From an uncultured virus (IMG/VR IMGVR_UViG_3300008113_000043) (lineage: Duplodnaviria; Heunggongvirae; Uroviricota; Caudoviricetes): 20,000 nt of DNA. Below, piece after piece: positions 8,847-15,015 of the stretch; position 1 is the first letter of the stretch; every line of letters starts with the position of its first letter. The notes under the pieces are model-generated. The model saw nothing but the letters and a program-made list of their open reading frames with translations, did no database searches and was not told where the DNA came from. Both the position numbers and the translations under genes were made by a program. The DNA lies in the IMG/VR virus record IMGVR_UViG_3300008113_000043. One strand, given 5' to 3'.

Positions 8847-8859
8847 GATCCTAAAAGCG

Positions 8860-8890
8860 GTGCGGGTGTGTCCCGCGTGATCAAATTATA
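8860..8890 (-). promoter_or_regulatory. -10 box plus leader hairpin
   Basis: TATAAT (8890-8885) followed by GCGGGACACACCCGCAC (8876-8860), identical to 8531-8515. Confidence 0.6.
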
Positions 8891-8895
8891 AAGGG

Positions 8896-9054
8896 TCAGG
8901 ATGCCCAGGTAACCTGCCAGGCGGCAATAGTGTTAACTTGCTCAAAAAATTGCATCCATTCAGCATCACTTAGCACGGTGCAATTCTTTTCAACAAGTTC
9001 AGCGATTCTTTCAGCGGGAAGTTTGAAACGAAGGCGGGAAGGATGATGAGTCAT
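8896..9054 (-). CDS. Hypothetical early protein (52 aa)
   Basis: MTHHPSRLRFKLPAERIAELVEKNCTVLSDAEWMQFFEQVNTIAAWQVTWAS, with an ATGA overlap with the upstream ORF. Confidence 0.6.
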   Translation of the reverse strand: MTHHPSRLRFKLPAERIAELVEKNCTVLSDAEWMQFFEQVNTIAAWQVTWAS

Positions 9055-9161
9055 TGTGCTGAAATGATGTTAGCGGCGGTGTGCAAAGTGTTAGCGGTAG
9101 TGTTTCTAACTGACGGAGACATTAAAAACATAACCGCAAAAATGATCATAAAAGTTTTCAT
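9051..9161 (-). CDS. Small hydrophobic protein (36 aa)
   Basis: MKTFMIIFAVMFLMSPSVRNTTANTLHTAANIISAQ, with ATGA overlaps at both ends. Confidence 0.65.
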   Translation of the reverse strand: MKTFMIIFAVMFLMSPSVRNTTANTLHTAANIISAQ

Positions 9162-9319
9162 TTTTGCTCACCGCGAACAGTTACAATTTCAGCATAAGAT
9201 CCACAGGAACGGTAGAACTTTGCCATGCGATCCGCTTCTTCAAACGTGGTGAAAGTTTGCTCTCTCCACTCACAATCATTGTAGGGAGATTGAAAGCGGA
9301 TGGTGATTCCAATTGCCAT
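9158..9319 (-). CDS. Hypothetical early protein (53 aa)
   Basis: MAIGITIRFQSPYNDCEWREQTFTTFEEADRMAKFYRSCGSYAEIVTVRGEQK. Confidence 0.75.
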   Translation of the reverse strand: MAIGITIRFQSPYNDCEWREQTFTTFEEADRMAKFYRSCGSYAEIVTVRGEQK

Positions 9320-9375
9320 GATTTGTGGTTTGAGAGTGAAGAATTGGGGGGGGAAATTTCATCCCCCCGTTTAGA

Positions 9376-9567
9376 TTAAACCGTTGCAGTTACAACTGCC
9401 ACAGTGTAGCTAGGACCGCCAAGATTGAACGTTCCAACCTTAACGGGAACGCCGTTAAGTTCCTCGCTCCAATTGTAGGCAGCATCGTATGCCTCATCTT
9501 GAGTGTAGAACCACTCCTGATCAGCAACATCGAACTGGGGAGCGTCGGGGAGGATGTAGAAGCGCAT
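9376..9567 (-). CDS. Hypothetical early protein (63 aa)
   Basis: ORF track 9376..9636. The start is most likely ATG 9567 (MRFYILPD), because the upstream portion is a promoter cassette. Confidence 0.75.
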   Translation of the reverse strand: MRFYILPDAPQFDVADQEWFYTQDEAYDAAYNWSEELNGVPVKVGTFNLGGPSYTVAVVTATV

Positions 9568-9647
9568 GGGGGTGTCCCGTGTTGACCTTGGTATCCTACA
9601 GCATGGGAGGGGGGGCAACCGCGCCCCCCGTAACATTCCTTCACACT
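9565..9647 (-). promoter_or_regulatory. Early promoter cassette
   Basis: Minus strand AGTGTGAAGGAATGTTAC, then a GGGGGGC...GCCCCCC hairpin, CTGTAGGATAC and the leader AAGGTCAACACGGGACACCCCCATG. Confidence 0.7.
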
Positions 9648-10255
9648 AGGTTTTTGTGTATCCTACGATACGCGACCCATGTGATCGCTTGCACTTGTGC
9701 CGCTGAATGATAAGATCCTGTCACGCTTGTGATGATCTTAGCAGCGTCACGGTAGGAGTCTTGAATGTGACGGAACGTTTTATCACTCAAACTGGGCACC
9801 TCTTTAAGGTTAGAAACTGTGCCGTTCCAAATGTTAAAAGCGTGACCATCAATGCAGGGGGTGTCACTATCACCATCGTTTGCAATGCAGAGAAAGAATG
9901 CAACGGTTTTGTTTCCCCGCAAAACTTTAACAATCTGATCGCGATTCAGTTGGCAATCGAGAATAGTTGCTGCCTTGTCTTTGTTGTTAGAATAGGTTGC
10001 AACTTTCACGTTAGAGTAATCAATCTCCGCTGCCCATGCTCTAAGCATAATTTCAGCGTCGATAATGTTAGATTCCCATTTGTTGTTAGGAGAAAGTGCA
10101 GCGATAACACCTGCTACGATGTCAGAATGCACACCGTACTTTTCACCTAAAGTAACGCAAACTTGGTAGGCATTGTTGTACCATTGCATTCCAACTTGCC
10201 GATCGTTGGCGTTAGATTGGAAGTAGGTTGCCAGGATGGAATCGGTGTGTGCCAT
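9641..10255 (-). CDS. Phage protein with HhH-GPD DNA-glycosylase-like motifs
   Basis: Start reassigned to ATG 10255 (MAHTDSIL). Motifs WY, AALSP, GNKTVAF, CIDGH and QVQAITW resemble the HhH-GPD superfamily pattern. Confidence 0.6.
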   Translation of the reverse strand: MAHTDSILATYFQSNANDRQVGMQWYNNAYQVCVTLGEKYGVHSDIVAGVIAALSPNNKWESNIIDAEIMLRAWAAEIDYSNVKVATYSNNKDKAATILDCQLNRDQIVKVLRGNKTVAFFLCIANDGDSDTPCIDGHAFNIWNGTVSNLKEVPSLSDKTFRHIQDSYRDAAKIITSVTGSYHSAAQVQAITWVAYRRIHKNLV

Positions 10256-10281
10256 GGTGTGGGTGGGTTGCCGATGAGCGT

Positions 10282-10309
10282 ATCCTACAGCATCGGGTGA
10301 CCCTGGCAA
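10282..10309 (-). promoter_or_regulatory. Sigma70-like early promoter
   Basis: TTGCCA, 16 nt, TAGGAT. Shares CTGTAGGATAC with the cassettes near 8540 and 9593. Confidence 0.7.
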
Positions 10310-10349
10310 GGGTCTGATTGATCAGCGTTGCTTATCGATCAGTTTGTAT

Positions 10350-10379
10350 AAAAAAAGGGGGGCATTTCTGCCCCCGTTA
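10350..10379 (-). terminator. Rho-independent terminator
   Basis: Minus strand GGGGGCA-GAAA-TGCCCCC followed by a T7 run, directly after the stop at 10383. Confidence 0.85.
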
Positions 10380-10382
10380 CTA

Positions 10383-10859
10383 TCATTTCCAGAGACCTTC
10401 TGCCTTGAGACGATTCACCAGAATGGTTGCCATTTCGCCACACTCAGGACATGCTGCAGCGTATTTAATTTCAGAGCGGAGAGAATACTTTTCAGGGTTA
10501 CGATAACCGCCGAACTTGTAACGGTAAACTGCGCTAACAGTCTTCATCAGTTGGCGCTTTTTGAGATCATCCTTTGCCATAAGATACATGGGGATGAAGT
10601 AACGGAAGTCACCGATTGCGCGGCAGCGGCGCAACTTTTCAACGATCATTTTTGATTCCTTAGCACCAAAGAATTGGGTAAGTTCAACCACCAAAAACTC
10701 ATTGAAAGGTGCCAGTTCTGCGGGTTCTTTAATAGAAACCTGCTGCACTTGCTGCTGCTGAATCTCATTGATTGCAGCGGTGATAGTTTCAACGCTTTTC
10801 AGGAAGTTGCTCTGCAGTTCTTCAATTTGAGCAGTCAGAGCAGCAACGTTGGCGGACAT
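10383..10859 (-). CDS. Hypothetical protein with N-terminal coiled coil (158 aa)
   Basis: Start reassigned to ATG 10859 (MSANVAALTAQIEELQ). The upstream part of the track ORF overlaps promoter and palindrome sequence. Confidence 0.75.
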   Translation of the reverse strand: MSANVAALTAQIEELQSNFLKSVETITAAINEIQQQQVQQVSIKEPAELAPFNEFLVVELTQFFGAKESKMIVEKLRRCRAIGDFRYFIPMYLMAKDDLKKRQLMKTVSAVYRYKFGGYRNPEKYSLRSEIKYAAACPECGEMATILVNRLKAEGLWK

Positions 10860-10915
10860 GATAACCTTTAGGGTTGCGGTTTGTGTCGGTGGGTTTGTTT
10901 CCCTCCGATGCACAC

Positions 10916-10977
10916 AGAATGCCACCCCAGCAGGGGGCACCGCAAGGGGGTTTGTGCCACTAGGCAAAGTGGCACAA
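10916..10977 (-). promoter_or_regulatory. Palindromic operator plus weak sigma70-like promoter
   Basis: TTGTGCCACT-N6-AGTGGCACAA (10952-10977), then minus strand TTGCGG, 18 nt, CATTCT. Confidence 0.6.
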
Positions 10978-11049
10978 GCGGCAACCATAAGGGGGCGAAT
11001 GCCCCTACGCTAGAGGGCGGGAGGGGTGGGAAGCATACTATAAAAGTAT

Positions 11050-11077
11050 AAAAAAATACCCCGCACTTGGCGGGGTG
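11050..11077 (-). terminator. Rho-independent terminator
   Basis: Minus strand ACCCCGC-CAAGT-GCGGGGT followed by ATTTTTTT. Confidence 0.85.
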
Positions 11078-11087
11078 TGGTAGGATC

Positions 11088-11276
11088 TTAGAACTCTACG
11101 ATCCAATCAGGATCTCGGTTAAGATTAACCCAGAAATGATTTTTACCATTTACACTTGTAAGAAATACTTTATCACCTTTATGCTGCTCGATGATACATT
11201 CATCAATTCCATCCATGAGGTTAGCAAATCGGTTCTTTGCTTTCTTAGATACAGGCGTGACGAATGCGGTTTCCAT
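11088..11276 (-). CDS. Hypothetical early protein (62 aa)
   Basis: Start ATG 11276 (METAFVTPVSKKAKNRFANLM), 4 nt after the upstream stop. Confidence 0.8.
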   Translation of the reverse strand: METAFVTPVSKKAKNRFANLMDGIDECIIEQHKGDKVFLTSVNGKNHFWVNLNRDPDWIVEF

Positions 11277-11280
11277 AGTA

Positions 11281-11415
11281 TCAGAAATCAATCGGTTCTA
11301 GCGTACCATGCTCAGCAGTATCATCGCTGCTAGTGATAGACTCAAGAATTTGGAGAATTTCTTCACCAGTTTGACCTTTACGAAGCAGCGAAAGCAGGAG
11401 CGAACGATTTTCCAT
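11281..11415 (-). CDS. Hypothetical early protein (44 aa)
   Basis: MENRSLLLSLLRKGQTGEEILQILESITSSDDTAEHGTLEPIDF. Confidence 0.7.
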   Translation of the reverse strand: MENRSLLLSLLRKGQTGEEILQILESITSSDDTAEHGTLEPIDF

Positions 11416-11453
11416 GTTAAAGAAAAGAATTTCACGAAAGGATTTGTGTGTGT

Positions 11454-11512
11454 ATCTCGTCGAGATTTTATGTATTATCTCGACGAGATAATTGTGATGA
11501 TCTAGTCGAGAT
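11454..11512. repeat. Cluster of three 13-bp palindromes
   Basis: ATCTCGTCGAGAT (11454), ATCTCGACGAGAT (11477) and ATCTAGTCGAGAT (11500), with a 23-bp period, in an intergenic gap. Confidence 0.9.
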
Positions 11513-11670
11513 CAATCATAATCGTGGTCGATTTGTGATCCCTGAGAGTAATCATCATAATACTCAACTTGGTTGAGCATTTGCCTTGCCTCAGGAGAAA
11601 GTTCTTCATAAGGTTGGCATTCATCAACTAGATCAAAGATGGAGAAGTCTTCTGTGTCGAAAAATTCCAT
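11512..11670 (-). CDS. Highly acidic small protein (52 aa)
   Basis: MEFFDTEDFSIFDLVDECQPYEELSPEARQMLNQVEYYDDYSQGSQIDHDYD. Upstream are TGCTATAAT (11729-11721) and a GGGGAGG/CCTCCCC leader hairpin. Confidence 0.7.
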   Translation of the reverse strand: MEFFDTEDFSIFDLVDECQPYEELSPEARQMLNQVEYYDDYSQGSQIDHDYD

Positions 11671-11729
11671 GATTCTTTGTGGTTGATTGTTGAAAGGGGA
11701 GGGATTGCCTCCTCCCCCGTATTATAGCA

Positions 11730-11915
11730 TCAGGCAGCGACCAGTTGCTCACTCTTGATAGCATTGTTTACAAAACGACCCACGGACTGCTGGTTAGCAA
11801 TCACGGCGCTCAGTTGAGACACGAACATCTCAACATCTTGCACACCGTAGGTGTAATCACGACCACCGTTGAAGGTGATGGTCACTTTACCATCTTGCCC
11901 CTGGCAGCATGTCAA
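11730..11915 (-). pseudogene. KTSC-like small protein, apparently 5'-truncated and fused to a promoter
   Basis: QDGKVTITFNGGRDYTY...SVGRFVN resembles the KTSC pattern. The TTG start called by the track is the start of a TTGACA -35 box. Confidence 0.45.
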
Positions 11916-12020
11916 GGGGTGTGTGCCAGTTCAAGAATTGGGTAGGATGGAGAGACTTCCATGAAGTTTTATGGTATCAATGACAATCAAGATACCAACC
12001 ATCCTGTAATAATTTATACT

Positions 12021-12197
12021 TTAGGCATTTTCAAGCAACTCAGGGTAGTATTCTTCACACTCAGTGATCAATTCTTCATCAGAATACTTTGCATAACCTT
12101 CATCAAGGTAATCATAACACAATTGTGTCATTGTCTTGAGATCCATGTCATCCAACATGTTTTGAATGAGTAGATCTTGCAGTTCAGAACGGTTCAT
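12021..12197 (-). CDS. Acidic hypothetical protein (58 aa)
   Basis: MNRSELQDLLIQNMLDDMDLKTMTQLCYDYLDEGYAKYSDEELITECEEYYPELLENA. Confidence 0.8.
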   Translation of the reverse strand: MNRSELQDLLIQNMLDDMDLKTMTQLCYDYLDEGYAKYSDEELITECEEYYPELLENA

Positions 12198-12200
12198 GAT

Positions 12201-12470
12201 TCAGTTAGCGTAGAGTGGAAGTTTCTTACGGAGACTGATTGCATCATCAATCATTTCACCAACCTGTTCGTAAATGTAGGAAGAACCACCTACATCAGCG
12301 AGCACATCTTGAGTGAAGAGAGAAGAGAAATACTCCTCCTGATTGCCGTCATCATTATACTCAAACACATCGTGTTGAGTGAATACAAAAGCAGCACAAG
12401 GAGCGTTCTCACCTTGACTCTCAATCATCGAATTGATAGAGTCACGAAGTTCAGAAAGTGTGCGGAACAT
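12201..12470 (-). CDS. Hypothetical early protein (89 aa)
   Basis: ORF track; TAATG overlap with the upstream ORF. Confidence 0.8.
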   Translation of the reverse strand: MFRTLSELRDSINSMIESQGENAPCAAFVFTQHDVFEYNDDGNQEEYFSSLFTQDVLADVGGSSYIYEQVGEMIDDAISLRKKLPLYAN

Positions 12471-12601
12471 TAGTTTGGAACCTCTTGGATCACTTCAGTG
12501 ACAGAAATGATTTGTTTGTCTTCGTTGAGGTAATCTGTCTGAATGAGATTAGGTGCAACCTGCATCATTCCGACAATGTAAGCGGCAGCAATTTCAATCA
12601 T
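12470..12601 (-). CDS. Hypothetical early protein (43 aa)
   Basis: MIEIAAAYIVGMMQVAPNLIQTDYLNEDKQIISVTEVIQEVPN; fits exactly between its neighbours. Confidence 0.7.
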   Translation of the reverse strand: MIEIAAAYIVGMMQVAPNLIQTDYLNEDKQIISVTEVIQEVPN

Positions 12602-12603
12602 GA

Positions 12604-12747
12604 TCAATAGTGATGGCGAGACATGACACAGTTGGGATCATTGTACCAATCCGAATCTTCATAATCTTTGTATTCGGTTTCTTGGTAGTCTTCCTCTGCC
12701 ATCGTAGCAGGCATCGGAACATCGTCAATCCAGATCATTTCAGGCAT
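12604..12747 (-). CDS. Acidic hypothetical protein (47 aa)
   Basis: MPEMIWIDDVPMPATMAEEDYQETEYKDYEDSDWYNDPNCVMSRHHY. Confidence 0.7.
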   Translation of the reverse strand: MPEMIWIDDVPMPATMAEEDYQETEYKDYEDSDWYNDPNCVMSRHHY

Positions 12748-12768
12748 TGGTGGTTCAGTTGCGAACGA

Positions 12769-12900
12769 TCAAATCATACCACGGCGACCGAGATCCGCCC
12801 ATACATGGGACGGTGCTGCTGCTGGCACACCAGTGGCAGTGTTGTTCTTCACCCACACCAGTTGGCGGGTGGCGATGTCAGAAGCGCAAACCAGGGTCAT
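12769..12900 (-). CDS. Hypothetical early protein (43 aa)
   Basis: MTLVCASDIATRQLVWVKNNTATGVPAAAPSHVWADLGRRGMI, directly behind a promoter and a repeated leader. Confidence 0.7.
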   Translation of the reverse strand: MTLVCASDIATRQLVWVKNNTATGVPAAAPSHVWADLGRRGMI

Positions 12901-12953
12901 GGGGGTCTCCCGTGTTGACCTTCAAATCATAGCACGGCAGCAGCACCCGTCAA
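12898..12953 (-). promoter_or_regulatory. Sigma70-like early promoter plus repeated leader
   Basis: TTGACG, 16 nt, TATGAT with TGn extension. Leader 12898-12922 matches 9565-9589 at 24 of 25 positions. Confidence 0.75.
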
Positions 12954-12970
12954 GGTATGTTACGAAATAC

Positions 12971-13002
12971 AAAAAAAAGACCTGGGCACCACCCCAGGTC
13001 TT
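12971..13002 (-). terminator. Rho-independent terminator
   Basis: Minus strand AGACCTGGG-GTGGTG-CCCAGGTCT followed by a T run. Confidence 0.85.
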
Positions 13003-13086
13003 GCACACCATACAACCCTATCACCAACTATGCTAGAATATAAACCACATTACAGTGTAACTTTTAGGGCGAACACCTTCCCACTA

Positions 13087-13227
13087 TCACAGAAACTCTG
13101 CCATATAATAGTCTACTGTGATTTCCAGTTTAGACGCTTCTTCCTCAAATGCACACATGAAAGCATCATCAATATCCAAATTGTCATTATCATGAGAGCA
13201 AAACAAATCAAGCGTGGATTCGTGCAT
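13087..13227 (-). CDS. Acidic hypothetical protein (46 aa)
   Basis: MHESTLDLFCSHDNDNLDIDDAFMCAFEEEASKLEITVDYYMAEFL. Confidence 0.7.
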   Translation of the reverse strand: MHESTLDLFCSHDNDNLDIDDAFMCAFEEEASKLEITVDYYMAEFL

Positions 13228-13288
13228 AGATGCCTCTAGAACAAGGGTTTGGACCACCTAGAGTATCAAAGTACTCTGAGAGTGGTAA

Positions 13289-13372
13289 TAGGGCGAGGGG
13301 GACTTGAACCCCCACGGGATTGCTCCCAACAGATTTTAAGTCTGGTGTGTCTACCACTTCCACCACCGCCCC
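13289..13372 (-). tRNA. tRNA-Leu(TAA)
   Basis: Minus strand GGGGCGGTGGTGGAAGTGGTAGACACACCAGACTTAAAATCTGTTGGGAGCAATCCCGTGGGGGTTCAAGTCCCCCTCGCCCTA folds as a cloverleaf with anticodon TAA, a long variable arm, a GTTCAAG T-loop and discriminator A. No CCA directly follows. Confidence 0.95.
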
Positions 13373-13385
13373 GTGGTATGATCAT

Positions 13386-13414
13386 ATTATAGCATATGAT
13401 CGAGATGATGTCAC
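13386..13414 (-). promoter_or_regulatory. Sigma70-like promoter for the tRNA
   Basis: GTGACA, 17 nt, TATAAT with TGn extension, 13 nt upstream of the tRNA. Confidence 0.75.
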
Positions 13415-13416
13415 GT

Positions 13417-13462
13417 ATCTCGTCGAGATTGATTTGATACGTGACACACATCTAGTCGAGAT
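13417..13462. repeat. Two 13-bp palindromes next to the tRNA promoter
   Basis: ATCTCGTCGAGAT (13417-13429) and ATCTAGTCGAGAT (13450-13462), plus a half-site TCGAGAT in the promoter spacer. Confidence 0.9.
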
Positions 13463-13608
13463 TACAACTCGACTTCTTCGATTGCCTTGACAACTTTATC
13501 ATAAAGTTCGGCAACGTTGACACCTAAAACTTCACTGCACTCATCCCAGTCATCATGAAACTCAATCAATTCAGCGAGTGCTTGGAGATCTTGATAGGAG
13601 AAGTTCAT
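13462..13608 (-). CDS. Acidic hypothetical protein (48 aa)
   Basis: MNFSYQDLQALAELIEFHDDWDECSEVLGVNVAELYDKVVKAIEEVEL, with a promoter upstream. Confidence 0.7.
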   Translation of the reverse strand: MNFSYQDLQALAELIEFHDDWDECSEVLGVNVAELYDKVVKAIEEVEL

Positions 13609-13629
13609 TGGTTTGTTTGAACTGAAGTA

Positions 13630-13674
13630 ACTATAGGATGGATTGGGGGTTTTGTCAACCCCCCTTGTGACAGT
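13630..13674 (-). promoter_or_regulatory. Sigma70-like early promoter with upstream ACTGTCAC box
   Basis: ACTGTCAC, 8 nt, TTGACA, 17 nt, TATAGT. The -35 is flanked by a GGGGG/CCCCC inverted repeat. Confidence 0.8.
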
Positions 13675-13676
13675 CC

Positions 13677-14138
13677 TTATGCCGTCACATAGTTGGGGAT
13701 GTCTACACGCTCAACAGGACCCCAACCGATCTTGTATGCTTTCCAGTTACCGTTGAGGTCAAACAGGTAAGCATAATCCTCACCACACATCTTACCAGAA
13801 ACGAATTCATCGAAACTGGTGTGATCAACGTTCAATTCTTCACCACGTTCAGTGTGATAAAGAGGTTGAGGATCACGGGTGGGAGAATAGATCCAATTGT
13901 CATTCTCATCCTTTACAATCTCACCATTCTCATCACGTACTGCTGCAGTTACCCACAGGTGAGTTGTACGTAGAGATGACATAGAACCACCATCAATGAG
14001 TTCTTTTACATCATCGCGGTTCTGATAATACTCAACCAGTTGCTTACCAGTCCATTCGGGATATCCATCCCAGTGGCAGTAAACACTGACCACAGAGTGA
14101 TCAGGCAGTTCGTAACCGATGCGTGAACGAGTTCCCAT
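13677..14138 (-). CDS. Phage hypothetical protein (MGTRS...YCHWDGYP type)
   Basis: 153 aa with its own promoter. The N-terminal MGTRSRIG and YCHWDGYP motifs look like those of a widespread phage family of unknown function. Confidence 0.85.
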   Translation of the reverse strand: MGTRSRIGYELPDHSVVSVYCHWDGYPEWTGKQLVEYYQNRDDVKELIDGGSMSSLRTTHLWVTAAVRDENGEIVKDENDNWIYSPTRDPQPLYHTERGEELNVDHTSFDEFVSGKMCGEDYAYLFDLNGNWKAYKIGWGPVERVDIPNYVTA

Positions 14139-14162
14139 GGTGTTTGAGTGGTGAACGAATGT

Positions 14163-14220
14163 ATCTTAGAGGTTGTGGGGGGTCTCGTCAACCCCCCTGA
14201 TCCAGTTGTCAGACCGTCAC
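14163..14220 (-). promoter_or_regulatory. Sigma70-like early promoter with degenerate palindromic box
   Basis: GTGACGGT-N6-ACTGGATC, 7 nt, TTGACG, 17 nt, TAAGAT. The -35 is flanked by G6/C6. Confidence 0.75.
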
Positions 14221-14349
14221 AAGGTCATGAGGGTAAATCGTGAACTGATCCTTAAAGAATTCCTCTTTATCAGAGTATGCTCGCCATTCGGCATGAGGAT
14301 AGCGTTCACAATATTCTTCCCATGCTTTTTCTGCAGCAGGGATCCTCAT
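14209..14349 (-). CDS. Possible small hypothetical protein
   Basis: C-terminal part of the track ORF from ATG 14349 (MRIPAAEKAWEEYCERYP), with a promoter upstream. Start uncertain. Confidence 0.45.
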   Translation of the reverse strand: MRIPAAEKAWEEYCERYPHAEWRAYSDKEEFFKDQFTIYPHDLVTV

Positions 14350-14414
14350 CGCAATGATTGCCCGTGATTGCTGGAAGTCAGAAAAACCATTGGTCGAATT
14401 GCGTTTGCCCCACA

Positions 14415-14460
14415 AATATAACCGTTTTGATCTCCCCTGTCAACTGGTCCTTGTGCCAGT
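14415..14460 (-). promoter_or_regulatory. Sigma70-like early promoter with ACTGGCAC box
   Basis: ACTGGCAC, 9 nt, TTGACA, 17 nt, TATATT. Confidence 0.75.
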
Positions 14461-14514
14461 TCTTTTTGTGTCTTTATAACTGATTATAAGAGGTTCTTAT
14501 GTTATAATGATCTG

Positions 14515-14685
14515 TTACCAATGATAATCCAGATCTTCAACATAAGCATTGACATGCTCTGTAGGATTAAGATCGAACAACTTCTCCCAGTTGATGTTAT
14601 GAGGATCGAAATCTCCGAGAACGTCGAGTTCCAGAGTGACCCTATACTTATGCTTCTGTGCTTCGTGAAAGGCAGTGTTACCCAT
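14515..14685 (-). CDS. Hypothetical early protein (56 aa)
   Basis: MGNTAFHEAQKHKYRVTLELDVLGDFDPHNINWEKLFDLNPTEHVNAYVEDLDYHW. Confidence 0.8.
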   Translation of the reverse strand: MGNTAFHEAQKHKYRVTLELDVLGDFDPHNINWEKLFDLNPTEHVNAYVEDLDYHW

Positions 14686-14711
14686 GAGAACTTTATGCGT
14701 GAACTGTGTTT

Positions 14712-14740
14712 ATTCTACAAGACATGGCATAAGGTGTCAA
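14712..14740 (-). promoter_or_regulatory. Sigma70-like promoter
   Basis: TTGACA (14740-14735), 17 nt, TAGAAT (14717-14712). Confidence 0.8.
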
Positions 14741-14750
14741 GACATGCACC

Positions 14751-15007
14751 ATCTAGTCGAGATCTTATGGTATATGTATGTGATACTCGTCGAGATTGTA
14801 ACATAATGATAATATTATATGAGGAATTGATGACACGCACATCTCGTCGAGATCTTATATAATGATACTGTTATATGATTATAATGTATCGTCGAGATCT
14901 TATGATGTGATTGTGCTGCGCGTCTCGTCGAGATCTTATGATATAACGATAGCGTTATACTGTGATAATGTCTAGTCGAGATATAACCGCTCAAATCTCG
15001 TCGAGAT
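14751..15007. repeat. Array of seven 13-bp palindromic repeats (iteron-like)
   Basis: Copies start at 14751, 14784, 14841, 14886, 14922, 14970 and 14995. The invariant core is GTCGAGAT, and four copies are followed by CTTAT. Confidence 0.92.
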
Positions 15008-15015
15008 CCTGGGAG

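Noticed and set aside
10860..10988. N-terminal extensions of track ORFs (also 10256-10309 and 9568-9636)
   Set aside because: These stretches are promoter, operator and leader sequence; the downstream ATGs fit better.
13289..13372. tRNA as an attachment site, or containing a group I intron
   Set aside because: There is no integrase or duplicated tRNA 3' end in the window, and the anticodon loop is uninterrupted.
13266..13451. 61-aa minus-strand ORF
   Set aside because: It overlaps the tRNA-Leu gene and its promoter.
14751..15007. CRISPR or mini-CRISPR array
   Set aside because: The repeats are only 13-18 bp, the spacing is irregular (25-57 bp), the spacers are low-complexity and resemble each other, and no cas genes are in the window.
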